From an uncultured delta proteobacterium (GTDB taxonomy: Bacteria; Desulfobacterota; Binatia; UBA9968), in NCBI GenBank assembly GCA_963771465.1, contig CAVYTU010000013.1, positions 352,001 through 416,000 of the forward strand: a stretch of 64,000 bases of DNA, in the 5' to 3' direction. The position numbers and the translations under genes are program-made. The notes under the pieces were generated by a model that was given only the letters and a program-made list of their open reading frames with translations, was not told the DNA's origin and did not search any database. Positions 20,596-29,968 of this stretch are shown piece by piece; within the stretch, counting starts at the first letter, position 1; every line of letters starts with the position of its first letter.

Positions 20596-20955
20596 TTAGC
20601 CCTCGACCATGACTTTGAAGCCGCCCCAAAACATGCGCTTGCCGTCGAATGGCAAAGCCTTGGGGTCCATCATACTTTTCAAGCGCGGGTCTTTCATGAC
20701 CTTGGCGTTGACCCGGTCGCGATGAGCGCGCGACTTGTAGACGATGTAGGCGAACACCACCGTCTCTCCGGGCTTGAGCTTGACGCTTTGCGGAAACGAC
20801 GTGTGCTTGCCCGGCTGCACGTCGTCGGCGACGCACTCGAAGTACTCGATCGCGCCGTGTTCACGCCAGACTTTTCCCGCCTTCTGCGCCATGCGTCGGT
20901 AGGCTGCTACCTTCTTCTTTGGAACCGGTACGACAAATCCGTCTACATATCGCAT
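20596..20955 (-). CDS. DUF1428 (YbaA) family protein
   Basis: 'YVDGFVVPVP', 'WREHGA', 'PFDGKRMFWGGF'. Confidence 0.9.
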   Translation of the reverse strand: MRYVDGFVVPVPKKKVAAYRRMAQKAGKVWREHGAIEYFECVADDVQPGKHTSFPQSVKLKPGETVVFAYIVYKSRAHRDRVNAKVMKDPRLKSMMDPKALPFDGKRMFWGGFKVMVEG

Positions 20956-21007
20956 GAATCCTCCATTTGATTAGTTTGATTCCCAAAAATTATCGATACA
21001 AAATCAC

Positions 21008-21304
21008 CTAGCCGCCGGCGATAGCTCCGATAATCATAAAAGGCTCCGTGCCCTTGGCGACGGCATCGGGCAGCGGCGCGTCCGGTGTTTCGTGAGATAG
21101 ATCCTCGCCGCAGGCAAAGAAGCGCACAAAGGCTCGGCGCCGTTGCGTGACGTGGTCGCGAATCGTGCCGCGCAACATCGGATAGCGCGCTTCGAGCGCG
21201 TCGAGCACCGTGCGCTGCGTAACCGGACCCGCGACGTCAAGTTTCACCTCGCCGTCAATTTGCGCCAGCTTGCGCAAATGCGGCGGTAGCGTGACTCGGA
21301 TCAT
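21008..21304 (-). CDS. MoaD/ThiS ubiquitin-like protein
   Basis: 98 aa ending AIAGG; ATGA overlap with the propeller stop. Confidence 0.88.
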   Translation of the reverse strand: MIRVTLPPHLRKLAQIDGEVKLDVAGPVTQRTVLDALEARYPMLRGTIRDHVTQRRRAFVRFFACGEDLSHETPDAPLPDAVAKGTEPFMIIGAIAGG

Positions 21305-22488
21305 GGCAGTGTTTGAACCTCGACGGACACCACGGCCGGAAGATCGCGCACAATCGGCGCCCAGTTGTCGCCGGCATCGGCGGACGCGTACACCTGGCCG
21401 CCGGTGGTGCCGAAGTACACGCCACACTTGTCGAGGGAATCGACGGCCATAGCGTCGCGCAACACGTTGACGTAGCAGTCGCTTTGCGGCAGGCCTTTCG
21501 TCAGCGCCTCCCATTCGTTGCCGCCGCTGCGGCTGCGGTACACGCGCAATTTGCCGTCCGGCGGAAAATGTTCCGAGTCGCTTTTGATCGGCACGACGTA
21601 GATGGTATTCGGCTCGTGGGCGTGCACGTCGATCACGAAGCCGAAGTCGGTGGGCAAGTTGCCGCTGATCTCGTGCCACGATTCGCCGCCGTCGTCGCTG
21701 CGCATGACGTCCCAGTGCTTCTGCATGAACAATACGCCGGGGCGCGAAGGGTGCATGGCGATGCGGTGCACGCAGTGGCCGACCTCCGCAGTCGGATTGG
21801 GAATATAAAGCGAGTGCAAGCCGCGGTTGATCGGCTGCCAGGTTTTGCCGGCGTCGTCGGTGCGAAACGCACCCGCCGACGAGATCGCGGTGTAAATCCG
21901 GTTTGGATTCTTCGGGTCGAGAATTATCGAATGCAAGCACATTCCCCCGGCGCCCGGCGCCCAGGCCGAGCCTGTGCCGTGTCCGCGCAGGCCTGAGAGT
22001 TCCTGCCAATTCTGCCCGCCGTCGGTGGAGCGGAACAACGCGGCGTCTTCGACGCCGGCGTAAATCGTGTCGACGTCGGTCAGCGACGGTTCGAGATGCC
22101 AGACGCGTTTGAACTCCCACGGGTGGGGCGTGCCGTCGTACCACTGGTGGGTGGTGAGAGGTTTGCCGGTCTCGGGTGAGGTGTCGTAGGCGAATTTATT
22201 GCTCTCCCCTTTGGGTGAGCCATCGGGAGCGGTGGTCGGTTCGCCGGGTGGGGTTCCGGGTTGGTGCCATGTTTTGCCGCCGTCATCGGAGCGTTGAATA
22301 ATTTGCCCGAACCAGCTGCTCGACTGGGACGCATAGAGCCGATTCGGATCAACCGCGGAACCTTTGAGATGGTACATCTCCCAACCGGCAAAGTGCGGTT
22401 CACTGATATCCCAGCGTTCCCGCTTTGCGTCCGAGGTGAGAATGAACGCGCCTTTGCGCGTGCCAACTAATACTCGTACTCCACTCAT
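21301..22488 (-). CDS. BNR/Asp-box beta-propeller protein (sialidase/YCF48-like), no signal peptide
   Basis: Repeated S.D.G..W boxes ([40 protein letters not shown]). Confidence 0.85.
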   Translation of the reverse strand: MSGVRVLVGTRKGAFILTSDAKRERWDISEPHFAGWEMYHLKGSAVDPNRLYASQSSSWFGQIIQRSDDGGKTWHQPGTPPGEPTTAPDGSPKGESNKFAYDTSPETGKPLTTHQWYDGTPHPWEFKRVWHLEPSLTDVDTIYAGVEDAALFRSTDGGQNWQELSGLRGHGTGSAWAPGAGGMCLHSIILDPKNPNRIYTAISSAGAFRTDDAGKTWQPINRGLHSLYIPNPTAEVGHCVHRIAMHPSRPGVLFMQKHWDVMRSDDGGESWHEISGNLPTDFGFVIDVHAHEPNTIYVVPIKSDSEHFPPDGKLRVYRSRSGGNEWEALTKGLPQSDCYVNVLRDAMAVDSLDKCGVYFGTTGGQVYASADAGDNWAPIVRDLPAVVSVEVQTLP

Positions 22489-22522
22489 CGTTTACTCCTC
22501 CTTGAGTTTTAACGGCTTGCGC

Positions 22523-22930
22523 TCAATCGTTAGTCGCCGCGTTTGGTTCCATGTAGATCAATTCCCAGCCGTGGCCGTCCAAATCCTGGAAGCCGTGTTG
22601 ATACATAAATCCATAGTCTTTCGATTCCTTGGCGGCTACTCCACCGGCCGCAACCGCTTTGCCGACCATCGCATTCACGTTTTCTCGACTTTCCAACGAT
22701 AGGCAGACAAGCACCTCTGCGTTTTTGCTGGTATCGCAGATATCCTTCGAGGTGAACGTCTGAAAAAATCCTTCGACTAACAGCATAACAAATATATTTT
22801 CACTGACGATCATACAGGTGGCGTTGTCGTCGGTGAATTTTGGATCGAATGTAAAGCCGAGTTTAGTGAAGAACTCGATCGATCTCGCGAGATGTTTTAC
22901 CGGTAAGTTCACGAAAATTTGTCGCGCCAT
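22523..22930 (-). CDS. VOC family protein
   Basis: 'IFVNLPVK.L.RS..FF..LGF', 'FQDLDGHGWE'. Confidence 0.88.
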   Translation of the reverse strand: MARQIFVNLPVKHLARSIEFFTKLGFTFDPKFTDDNATCMIVSENIFVMLLVEGFFQTFTSKDICDTSKNAEVLVCLSLESRENVNAMVGKAVAAGGVAAKESKDYGFMYQHGFQDLDGHGWELIYMEPNAATND

Positions 22931-22958
22931 TTGTCAATCCTTTCGAATTTTACCCGCG

Positions 22959-23327
22959 CTATTCGCGCATGTCTTCAGCCGGCAGACCGGGAATCTCGAT
23001 GACCGGCCGCACTTCGACAGTACCCTTGCGCGCCATGGGAATCCGCGCGGCGATGCCGAGCGCTTCGTCGAGATCTTTGGCTTCGACGAGGAAATAACCA
23101 CCCAGCTGTTCGCTAGTCTCCGCGAACGGTCCATCGGTGACCAGGCGCTTGCCATTGCGCACCCGGACGCTGGTGGCCATCGCCGTCGGTTGCAACGGGT
23201 TGGCAGCGACATAGTTGCCGTTGGCATGAATCGCATGGGCGAGCTGGGTCGATTCGGTGTAACACTCCTGGCGTTCGGCTTCGCTCAAGACTTTTTCGTC
23301 GAGGTAGATTAACAGCATGTATTTCAT
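22959..23327 (-). CDS. YciI/DGPF family protein
   Basis: 'MKYMLLIY', 'DGPFAET.EQLGG', 'VEVRP'. Confidence 0.9.
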   Translation of the reverse strand: MKYMLLIYLDEKVLSEAERQECYTESTQLAHAIHANGNYVAANPLQPTAMATSVRVRNGKRLVTDGPFAETSEQLGGYFLVEAKDLDEALGIAARIPMARKGTVEVRPVIEIPGLPAEDMRE

Positions 23328-23379
23328 CTCAGTGCCTCCGTTTCGCGCTGCTGTGATGGCTGCGATGGATTATTGTCCC

Positions 23380-23853
23380 TCATACGCTCTCATACGCTTT
23401 CCTTAAAAGGCCTATGTCAATTTTATCCATTTGCATCATTGCCGCCATGACTCGTTGTGATTTCTTAGCATCTTTGTCCTGCAACATCTCGCCTAGAATG
23501 GGAGGAACAACTTGCCACGACAGGCCATATTTGTCCTTGAGCCAGCCGCACCGACTTTTTGCTCCGCCTGCGGAAAGTTTTTCCCACATCTCGTCTATTT
23601 CTTCCTGGGTCTCGCAGCGCACCCAAAACGATATGGCCTCGGTAAATTTGAATTGCGGGCCACCGTTGAGTGCGACAAATTCTTGGCCATCGAGTTGGAA
23701 CGCCGCGGTCATGACCGTTCCTTTCGGACCGGGCCCGGCTTCGCCGTATCGAGCAATGCTTAGAACCTTGGAATTCTTAAAAATCGAAACATAAAAATTA
23801 ACCGCTTCTTCGGCGTTGCCATCGAACCACAAGAATGGGGTAATTTTTTGCAT
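23380..23853 (-). CDS. VOC/PhnB-like (3-demethylubiquinone-9 methyltransferase domain) protein
   Basis: '[14 protein letters not shown]', 'LNGGP', '[13 protein letters not shown]'. Confidence 0.9.
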   Translation of the reverse strand: MQKITPFLWFDGNAEEAVNFYVSIFKNSKVLSIARYGEAGPGPKGTVMTAAFQLDGQEFVALNGGPQFKFTEAISFWVRCETQEEIDEMWEKLSAGGAKSRCGWLKDKYGLSWQVVPPILGEMLQDKDAKKSQRVMAAMMQMDKIDIGLLRKAYESV

Positions 23854-23937
23854 ATCGTCTCCTTTGGCTTTGAAATCATCGCGCGCTATTCGATGGCAGC
23901 GTTGTCGTCGCTAAGTTGGCACCCAGCGCCGGGCATC

Positions 23938-24351
23938 TCAAGGCGCCATGCTGACCATCCAACCGACGCCGAAACGGTCGGCGACCATGCCGAAGCAAGG
24001 CGACCAGAAAGTCTTCCCGAGCGGCATCTGAATCTGTCCGCCTTCGGCTAGCGCGGTGAACTTGCGCTTGGCATCGGCTTCGTCGCGGGCTGTCAGCGAC
24101 AGGGAGAATCCTTGGAAACTGGTTTGACCGGTGCAGTGTCCGTCGGAGGCCATGATATTGGCATCGCCAATGCGCATGCACAGATGCATGATTTTATCGT
24201 CCGAGCCGGGCGGGACCGTCCCCGGTGCAGGCGGTTCCGGGCTCTCTTTGAAGCGCATCATCATGAGCACTTCCGCGCCTAATGCCTTTTTGTAAAACTC
24301 GATCGCCTCTTCGCAGCGGCCGTTAAAAAACAGATAAGGTTCGATAGCCAT
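23938..24351 (-). CDS. VOC/PhnB (YjdN-like) protein
   Basis: 'PYLFFNG.CEEAIEFY', 'TFWSPCFGMVADRFGVGWM'. Confidence 0.9.
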   Translation of the reverse strand: MAIEPYLFFNGRCEEAIEFYKKALGAEVLMMMRFKESPEPPAPGTVPPGSDDKIMHLCMRIGDANIMASDGHCTGQTSFQGFSLSLTARDEADAKRKFTALAEGGQIQMPLGKTFWSPCFGMVADRFGVGWMVSMAP

Positions 24352-24459
24352 GATCGTCTCCTTTACAGGGTTAATGTTTCTCGATCGTTCCAATTACTTT
24401 CTTAAATCAGCCCTGAACTTACCGGCTCTTGTTGAACGAAGTCGGGTGCCATCGCTCGC

Positions 24460-24840
24460 TCACATGGGTTCGGCTGAGTTGACGTGCGCTGTGGATTCCT
24501 CGTCGAGGGGACGGATCTCGAAGGTCGCCAAGCGGATGCCCGGATGCTTCGACATCAGTTCCGTGGCGTGGTTCAAGTCATGGGCATCGAGCAAGAGAAT
24601 GCCGCCTATTTGCTCTTTGGTTTCAGCGTACGGTCCATCGGTGATGGACACTTGTTCGTTGCGGTAACGCAGGGTTTTGGCGTTCCGGGCGCTTTCCAGA
24701 GCTTCCAGCCGAATGAATCGGCCGCTCTTTCGAAGGCTATTGTCGTAAGCGGTACATTCCTTCATGAAGGTCTCGCGCTCGCTATCGGACAGAAGCTCGC
24801 TTTTCGTATCGTCCATGTATGAAAGGCAAAGAAACTTCAT
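24460..24840 (-). CDS. YciI/DGPF family protein
   Basis: 'DGPYAETKEQIGG', 'FEIRP'. Confidence 0.88.
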   Translation of the reverse strand: MKFLCLSYMDDTKSELLSDSERETFMKECTAYDNSLRKSGRFIRLEALESARNAKTLRYRNEQVSITDGPYAETKEQIGGILLLDAHDLNHATELMSKHPGIRLATFEIRPLDEESTAHVNSAEPM

Positions 24841-24885
24841 AGTTGCGTCCTCCTACGGCAGCCAACCCGCATGTTCATCAATTAC

Positions 24886-24914
24886 TAGTCGAATAAGAAT
24901 CAGCCAATTCGACA
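24886..24914 (-). promoter_or_regulatory. ECF42-type promoter TGTCGA-N17-CGACTA
   Basis: Minus strand TGTCGA attggctgattcttatt CGACTA, upstream of the YciI gene at 24840. Confidence 0.8.
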
Positions 24915-24946
24915 CAGCTGGCAGATTTTTTTTCTTGCGGCGCTCT

Positions 24947-25825
24947 TTACTGTGCAATCGGAATCCAAATTTCCATGCCGCCCATGCCGGTCTGCGGATT
25001 AAACTCTTCAGTGTAGCGTTCAAACGACGGCGACTCTTTTATTTTTAGCCCGGATTGGGGTACCCAGCTATTCCATATCTTGTCGATCGTAGCGCCGATG
25101 GTAGATACATGATGTGCGTGCGTGAAGACCGCATATTCTTGGGCGGGAAGACGCACGGTTGCGAACTCGGCAGGTAGCTTCGCCGTATCTTTCACTTCAA
25201 CACCGGAGAGGTAGTCGAATCCATGAGCTGGCCGATAGTTCCAGCAGATGCCATAAGCCACGTTGCCTGTCTGTCCGGGGACCTTACCGATAGACGGCAC
25301 GAAACTTTCCCATTGCACGGGAATTTTGACGCGGGTCTCGAACGTGTAGCTCTTATTAAAACCAGCCACAATCAATTCTCTGCCTTGTGCAAATTTCACT
25401 GCTCCGAGGCCCAGCGTTTGCGCGCGAATGCCGGCTTCCTGTCTTTTGAGCTCGGGCGTAAATTCAGCGCCGAAGTCTTCGGCCTCGAACACTTGGCGAA
25501 TCTCAATTTCGCCATCTTCATTATGAGGATTGGGGCAGCGCTTGACCCATTCGATGGCCTCTTCTTTCGATTTTACTTGCCAAATCCAGAAGCCAGCGAT
25601 CAATTCTTTAGTTTCGGCAAACGGTCCGTCGATCACAATCCGCTTGTCTCCATGAAATCTTACTCTGGCGCCTTTTGAGCTCGGATGGAGCCCTTCGCCG
25701 GCCAGCATGACGCCGGCTTTGACCAGCTCTTCGTTGAACTTGCCCATCTCGGTCAGGAGTTGCTCGCTCGGCATCACGCCCGCTTCGCTGTCCTTGGTGG
25801 CTTTAACGAAGATCATAAATCGCAT
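24947..25825 (-). CDS. YciI/DGPF domain fused to a GyrI-like small-molecule-binding domain
   Basis: N-terminal 'DGPFAETKELIAGFW'; C-terminal 'FDYLSGVEV', 'YAVF.H', 'W.PQSG', 'FERY', 'EIWIPI'. Confidence 0.85.
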   Translation of the reverse strand: MRFMIFVKATKDSEAGVMPSEQLLTEMGKFNEELVKAGVMLAGEGLHPSSKGARVRFHGDKRIVIDGPFAETKELIAGFWIWQVKSKEEAIEWVKRCPNPHNEDGEIEIRQVFEAEDFGAEFTPELKRQEAGIRAQTLGLGAVKFAQGRELIVAGFNKSYTFETRVKIPVQWESFVPSIGKVPGQTGNVAYGICWNYRPAHGFDYLSGVEVKDTAKLPAEFATVRLPAQEYAVFTHAHHVSTIGATIDKIWNSWVPQSGLKIKESPSFERYTEEFNPQTGMGGMEIWIPIAQ

Positions 25826-25894
25826 TTTCATGTCCTCCATTGGTCAAAGTTTCGAGCCCGCGATTTCAGTCAGGTTAGAGGTTTTTGCATAGAG

Positions 25895-25923
25895 TAGTCG
25901 TTTGACGGTTTGCCAAATCGACA
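25895..25923 (-). promoter_or_regulatory. ECF42-type promoter TGTCGA-N17-CGACTA
   Basis: Minus strand TGTCGA tttggcaaaccgtcaaa CGACTA. Confidence 0.8.
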
Positions 25924-26368
25924 CGGGTCGATTAATTTTTCCGGACGAAACGGGCTTAGCGATCAGCGCGATATTCTTGGGATTGTAATAAAGTTTTATC
26001 GCAATCCCTCGCCGATAAGAATTAGCAAGCGTTTAGTTTATGTGAATTCACGCATTACACTGTGGTTCCGATTTAACCGACTCGGTAAGCTTTTTCGGCG
26101 TCGCCTAACAAGCGGCGCAAGCTACGTGCCAATCATTACTGAATTGTTTCTAAAGGAGTTTCGCCAAGAGTGGGGTTTGGGAAATCTCCTCGCGGAAGGA
26201 ATTTTCCTACGCGTGGTAGAAAATTTTCATTGAGCCTGTCTGCGCAATTGCGGTGTCATGAATCATATCGTTCGTCGCAGGCGAAACGACGAGCCGATTG
26301 CTGAAGGTTTCGGAAAGAGAATCGGACGCTGCACGCCGTCGCCGGCGTGCCTTGTTGGGCCGGCTACA

Positions 26369-27283
26369 TTACCGGTAGCCGGTTACGTCGGCGGGTTTGC
26401 CTGGGTCCTGAACTTCGACGAGGTAGCGCCAGGCATCGGGTTGGCTGCCGTCGAGATCGGTAAAGCCGTAGATCTTCGCCAGCTGTCCGCTGGACAACGA
26501 CTTTCCGTTCCAGCGCGACACGTCGGGATCTTGCGCGAGCGCCGCCACCGCCCGGCCGACGAACGCCGGACTCTCGGAAATGGCGAAGTGGGGATTGATC
26601 TTGGTCGCGTCACGCCAGTTTGATTCGGTGACGCGGTAGGCATCGAGCATAAACTCTGAGCGCAGCCAACCGGGAGTGAGTGACACGGCCGTCGCGCCGT
26701 AGGGCTGCAGCTCGTGCGCCAACGCGAACGCCATTCGATTCACCGACGCCTTGGCCAGATCGTAGAAGAAGGAGACCCGGTAGTTGATGTCGTTATACTC
26801 GGCGGTTCCGTCATTTACCTCGACAACCAAACCGCCCGGCGTCTTGATGAGCAGCGGTAACGCGAAGTGGCTGGTGATGGCGTGCGTGTCCACGGCGAGG
26901 TGCAAGGTGCGCAACCCAATATCCAAAGAGGATTCCCAAACCGACTTGTTCCATTCGATCGTGGTGGCTCCAAAGATATCGTTCACGAGAACGTGCAGCT
27001 TGCCCTGTTCGGTTTCGATGCGAGTCACCAGCGCGCGCACCTCGTCGGGTACGAGATGGTCGACCTGAACCGCGATGCCGCGCCCTCCGGCTTCATCCAC
27101 GAGCGCCGCGGTCTCCTCGATCGTTTCCGGCCGGTCCATTTCCGAGCGCTCGGACCGGGTCGTGCGCCCGGTGACGTAGACGGTGGCTCCCGCCGCACCT
27201 AATTGCACGGCTATTCCTCGTCCCGCTCCTCGGGTCGCGCCGGCGACCAATGCGGTTTTTCCCTTAAGGCCTTGACTCACCAT
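26369..27283 (-). CDS. SDR family oxidoreductase
   Basis: 'AGATRGAGRGIA', catalytic 'YDLAK', 'PGWLRSE'. Confidence 0.9.
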   Translation of the reverse strand: MVSQGLKGKTALVAGATRGAGRGIAVQLGAAGATVYVTGRTTRSERSEMDRPETIEETAALVDEAGGRGIAVQVDHLVPDEVRALVTRIETEQGKLHVLVNDIFGATTIEWNKSVWESSLDIGLRTLHLAVDTHAITSHFALPLLIKTPGGLVVEVNDGTAEYNDINYRVSFFYDLAKASVNRMAFALAHELQPYGATAVSLTPGWLRSEFMLDAYRVTESNWRDATKINPHFAISESPAFVGRAVAALAQDPDVSRWNGKSLSSGQLAKIYGFTDLDGSQPDAWRYLVEVQDPGKPADVTGYR

Positions 27284-27358
27284 CGAACTCCATATCGCTT
27301 GCTTCCGCCAAATATGAATTCACCATTTCAGTTTCAGCTCTTGGCGGATTTCCGCGTG

Positions 27359-27775
27359 CTAATCTAATTGCGCGCGCAAGCGTTCTTCTTGTTCTCGCAG
27401 TTCAGGTGTAAACTCGGCGCCGAAGTCTTCGGCTTCGAACACCTGGCGAATTTCAATCTCACTCTCGCCGCTATGGGGATTGGGGCAGCGCTTGACCCAA
27501 TCGATGGCTTCTTCCTTCGACTTTACTTGCCATATCCAGAAGCCGGCGATTAGTTCTTTAGTCTCGGCAAATGGTCCGTCGATCACGGTCCGCTGGTTTC
27601 CGGAAAATTTTACGCGCGCACCTCTGGCGCTCGATTGGAGTCCCTCGCCCGCAAGCATCACGCCGGCTTTCACTAACTCTTCGTTGAATTTGCCCATCTC
27701 GGTAAGAAGCTGCTCGCTCGGCATCACGCCCGCTTCCGAATCCTTGCTGGCTTTGACAATAATCATGAATCGCAT
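27359..27775 (-). CDS. YciI/DGPF family protein
   Basis: 'DGPFAETKELIAG'; closely similar to the N-terminus of 24947..25825. Confidence 0.92.
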   Translation of the reverse strand: MRFMIIVKASKDSEAGVMPSEQLLTEMGKFNEELVKAGVMLAGEGLQSSARGARVKFSGNQRTVIDGPFAETKELIAGFWIWQVKSKEEAIDWVKRCPNPHSGESEIEIRQVFEAEDFGAEFTPELREQEERLRAQLD

Positions 27776-27855
27776 TGCTTTATCCCTCCTTTTTTTGATT
27801 GGCGTGGGAGCTTGTCGGATCAGATGACTAACTTCGCTCTCGCGCTAACATTGAA

Positions 27856-27884
27856 TAGTCGTTTGCGGGTACCCACAATCGACA
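27856..27884 (-). promoter_or_regulatory. ECF42-type promoter TGTCGA-N17-CGACTA
   Basis: Minus strand TGTCGA ttgtgggtacccgcaaa CGACTA. Confidence 0.8.
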
Positions 27885-27913
27885 AAGAGTTTAAATTAGA
27901 ATTCTTGGCGGTG

Positions 27914-29194
27914 TTAGTCCGGCAATCCGGCCAGCCGGTGCAGCAAAAACCGCCGTTCCGGCTCTTGCGCGGTGAGGCTCAGTGCCCGTTCGTAGGCGGT
28001 GCGGGCTGCCGCCACTTGACCCAGCCGCCGGCAGAGGTCGGCCCGCGCCGCGTGCGCGAGGCGGTAGTCCGACAAGTCGCCGCGTGCCAAGATGGCGTCA
28101 ACTAACAAGAGGCCCGTCTCGGCACCGTCGCGCATCGCCACCGCCACGGCCCGGTTCAATTCCACAACCGGGGAGGGTTCAGCTCGCAGTAAAAGATTGT
28201 AGAGCGCCACGATCTGGGTCCAGTCGGTGGCGGCCGCGCTGGCTGCGTTGGCGTGGACGGCGGCGATCGCCGCTTGGATGGTGTAAGTGCCCACCTGGGG
28301 TGACGCCAGTGCCCGCTCCACTAACGACGTGCCCTCCGTGATGTAATCCCGGTTCCAGAGTGAGCGGTCTTGGTCCTCCAAAAGTATCAAGTCGCCCGAT
28401 GACGTGGCGCGCGCGGCGCGCCGCGAGTCGTGCAGCAGCATTAGCGCGAGAAGTCCGAGCGCTTCAGGCTCGTGGAGCAATTCGGCGACCATGCGGCCTA
28501 AGCGGATCGCTTCAGTCGAAAGATCATGGCGGGTCAACGTAGTTCCGGAGGACGCGGAGTAGCCTTCGTTGAAAATTAGATAGATCACGCGCAGCACGGC
28601 ATCCAATCGATCGGGCAGGTCAGCCAGCGCAGGTACTTGATACGGAATGCGCGTGTTACGGATCTTGGCCTTGGCGCGCACGATGCGTTGGGCCAATGTC
28701 GGTGCGGCGGTTAAAAAGGCTTGGGCGATCTCTTCGGTGGTGAGACCGCATACTTCGCGCAGCGTGAGTGCGATCTGAGCGTCCGGCGCCAGCGCGGGAT
28801 GGCAGCAGGTGAAAATCAGCCGCAGGCGGTCATCTTGAACGTTCTCGCCGTCCAAGCCGGCGACGTCGTCGGACTCGGCGGCGAGTCGTTTTTCGAAATC
28901 GTCGGGTAATGGGTCGAATCGGGATCGCTTGCGGATCGTGTCGATCGCTTTGAAGCGGCCGGCCGAGACCAGCCAGGCGCGCGGATTGGCGGGCAGGCCA
29001 TCGCGCGGCCATTGTTCGAGCGCCGCCCTAAACGCGTCGTGCAGCGCTTCTTCGGCGAGATCGAAGTCGCCAAGCAAGCGAATTAGAGTGGCGAAGATGT
29101 GGCGTGACTCGGCGCGGTAAAGCGCGTCGACTTGCTGGCGCGCTTGTTCAGCCGCCGCAGTATCCAAGTCTGCTGTTGGGTTGCGATCCGACAT
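27914..29194 (-). CDS. ECF sigma factor with C-terminal TPR-like extension (ECF42 type)
   Basis: 'GDFDLAEEAL', 'DDRLRLIFTCCHPAL', 'YLIFNEGY', 'QDRSLW', 'SPVVELNRAVA'; adjacent to DGPF genes. Confidence 0.92.
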   Translation of the reverse strand: MSDRNPTADLDTAAAEQARQQVDALYRAESRHIFATLIRLLGDFDLAEEALHDAFRAALEQWPRDGLPANPRAWLVSAGRFKAIDTIRKRSRFDPLPDDFEKRLAAESDDVAGLDGENVQDDRLRLIFTCCHPALAPDAQIALTLREVCGLTTEEIAQAFLTAAPTLAQRIVRAKAKIRNTRIPYQVPALADLPDRLDAVLRVIYLIFNEGYSASSGTTLTRHDLSTEAIRLGRMVAELLHEPEALGLLALMLLHDSRRAARATSSGDLILLEDQDRSLWNRDYITEGTSLVERALASPQVGTYTIQAAIAAVHANAASAAATDWTQIVALYNLLLRAEPSPVVELNRAVAVAMRDGAETGLLLVDAILARGDLSDYRLAHAARADLCRRLGQVAAARTAYERALSLTAQEPERRFLLHRLAGLPD

Positions 29195-29270
29195 GACGAG
29201 AATGGGAGGTTAAATCACAATTATCCGTAAGTTTCCTCAGTCGCTTCTGATGAAGTCCCAACGACTCGAA

Positions 29271-29297
29271 GGGTCCACGGTCGCAACCGTTTGAACA
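29271..29297 (-). repeat. Short 9-bp-period array (TGTTCAAAC GGTTGCGAC CGTGGACCC)
   Basis: Starts 8 nt after the peroxidase stop; degenerate. Confidence 0.4.
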
Positions 29298-29304
29298 ATT
29301 TATT

Positions 29305-29871
29305 TCAGCGCGCAGCCAGCAGTTTCTCGATCTGTGCGGTAATCCGCCGATCTTCGGGTTCGACGGCGCTTTCGAACGCAGCTATTGGCGCGCCTGCCTT
29401 GCTGAGGAGATATTTATGAAAGTTCCATCGCGGCGGCTTGCCGGTCTTCGCGGCGAGGGTGCGAAAGAGCGGGTTCGCGTTGGCGCCGACAACCGTTGTC
29501 TTGGCAAATACTGGAAACGTGATGCCGTAATTCACCCGGCAAAATTGCGCGATCTCCTGGTTCGATCCGGGTTCTTGGCCACCGAAGTCGTTGGCGGGAA
29601 AACCGAGCACGGCGAAGCCTTTGTCGCGATAGCGGCGATATAATTTTTCCAAGCTTTCGTACTGCGGCGTGTAACCGCATTCGCTCGCGGTATTCACTAT
29701 CAGCAACACTTTGCCGCTGAACTGGCAGAGCGACACCGGCTCATCCATTAAATTGGCGAATTTGTGATCAAGAATCATGGGGCAAGGAGTGTCCGCCGCA
29801 GAGCTCGGCGCTATACCGGCCAAAGTTATGAGCGCGGCGATGATCAATGCCAAGATCGTTTGCGTCAGCAT
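29305..29871 (-). CDS. Glutathione peroxidase family protein (Cys type, signal peptide)
   Basis: 'VNTASECGYTPQY', 'LGFPANDFGGQEPG', 'PRWNFHKYL'. Confidence 0.93.
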   Translation of the reverse strand: MLTQTILALIIAALITLAGIAPSSAADTPCPMILDHKFANLMDEPVSLCQFSGKVLLIVNTASECGYTPQYESLEKLYRRYRDKGFAVLGFPANDFGGQEPGSNQEIAQFCRVNYGITFPVFAKTTVVGANANPLFRTLAAKTGKPPRWNFHKYLLSKAGAPIAAFESAVEPEDRRITAQIEKLLAAR

Positions 29872-29968
29872 GCTTCTCTCGTTGATGCTCTTCCTAGAGC
29901 AGTTCAATTCACTCGACGTTGAGATGAATCAGTCATGCGCCAAAAACTAAGTCGCTAAACCGGCGTCC

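Noticed and set aside
21008-22144. 378-aa ORF ending in GG as a large ubiquitin-like fusion
   Set aside because: The Arg-rich N-terminal part is an off-frame shadow of the propeller gene; the real start is ATG21304.
25910-26368. ORFs or ncRNA in the ~450-bp spacer before the SDR
   Set aside because: Antisense to the cluster, no motif and no recognisable structured RNA.
29305-29871. Selenoprotein glutathione peroxidase, given selC in the window
   Set aside because: The active-site codon is TGC (Cys). I saw no convincing in-frame TGA readthrough in this or other genes, though no SECIS search was run.
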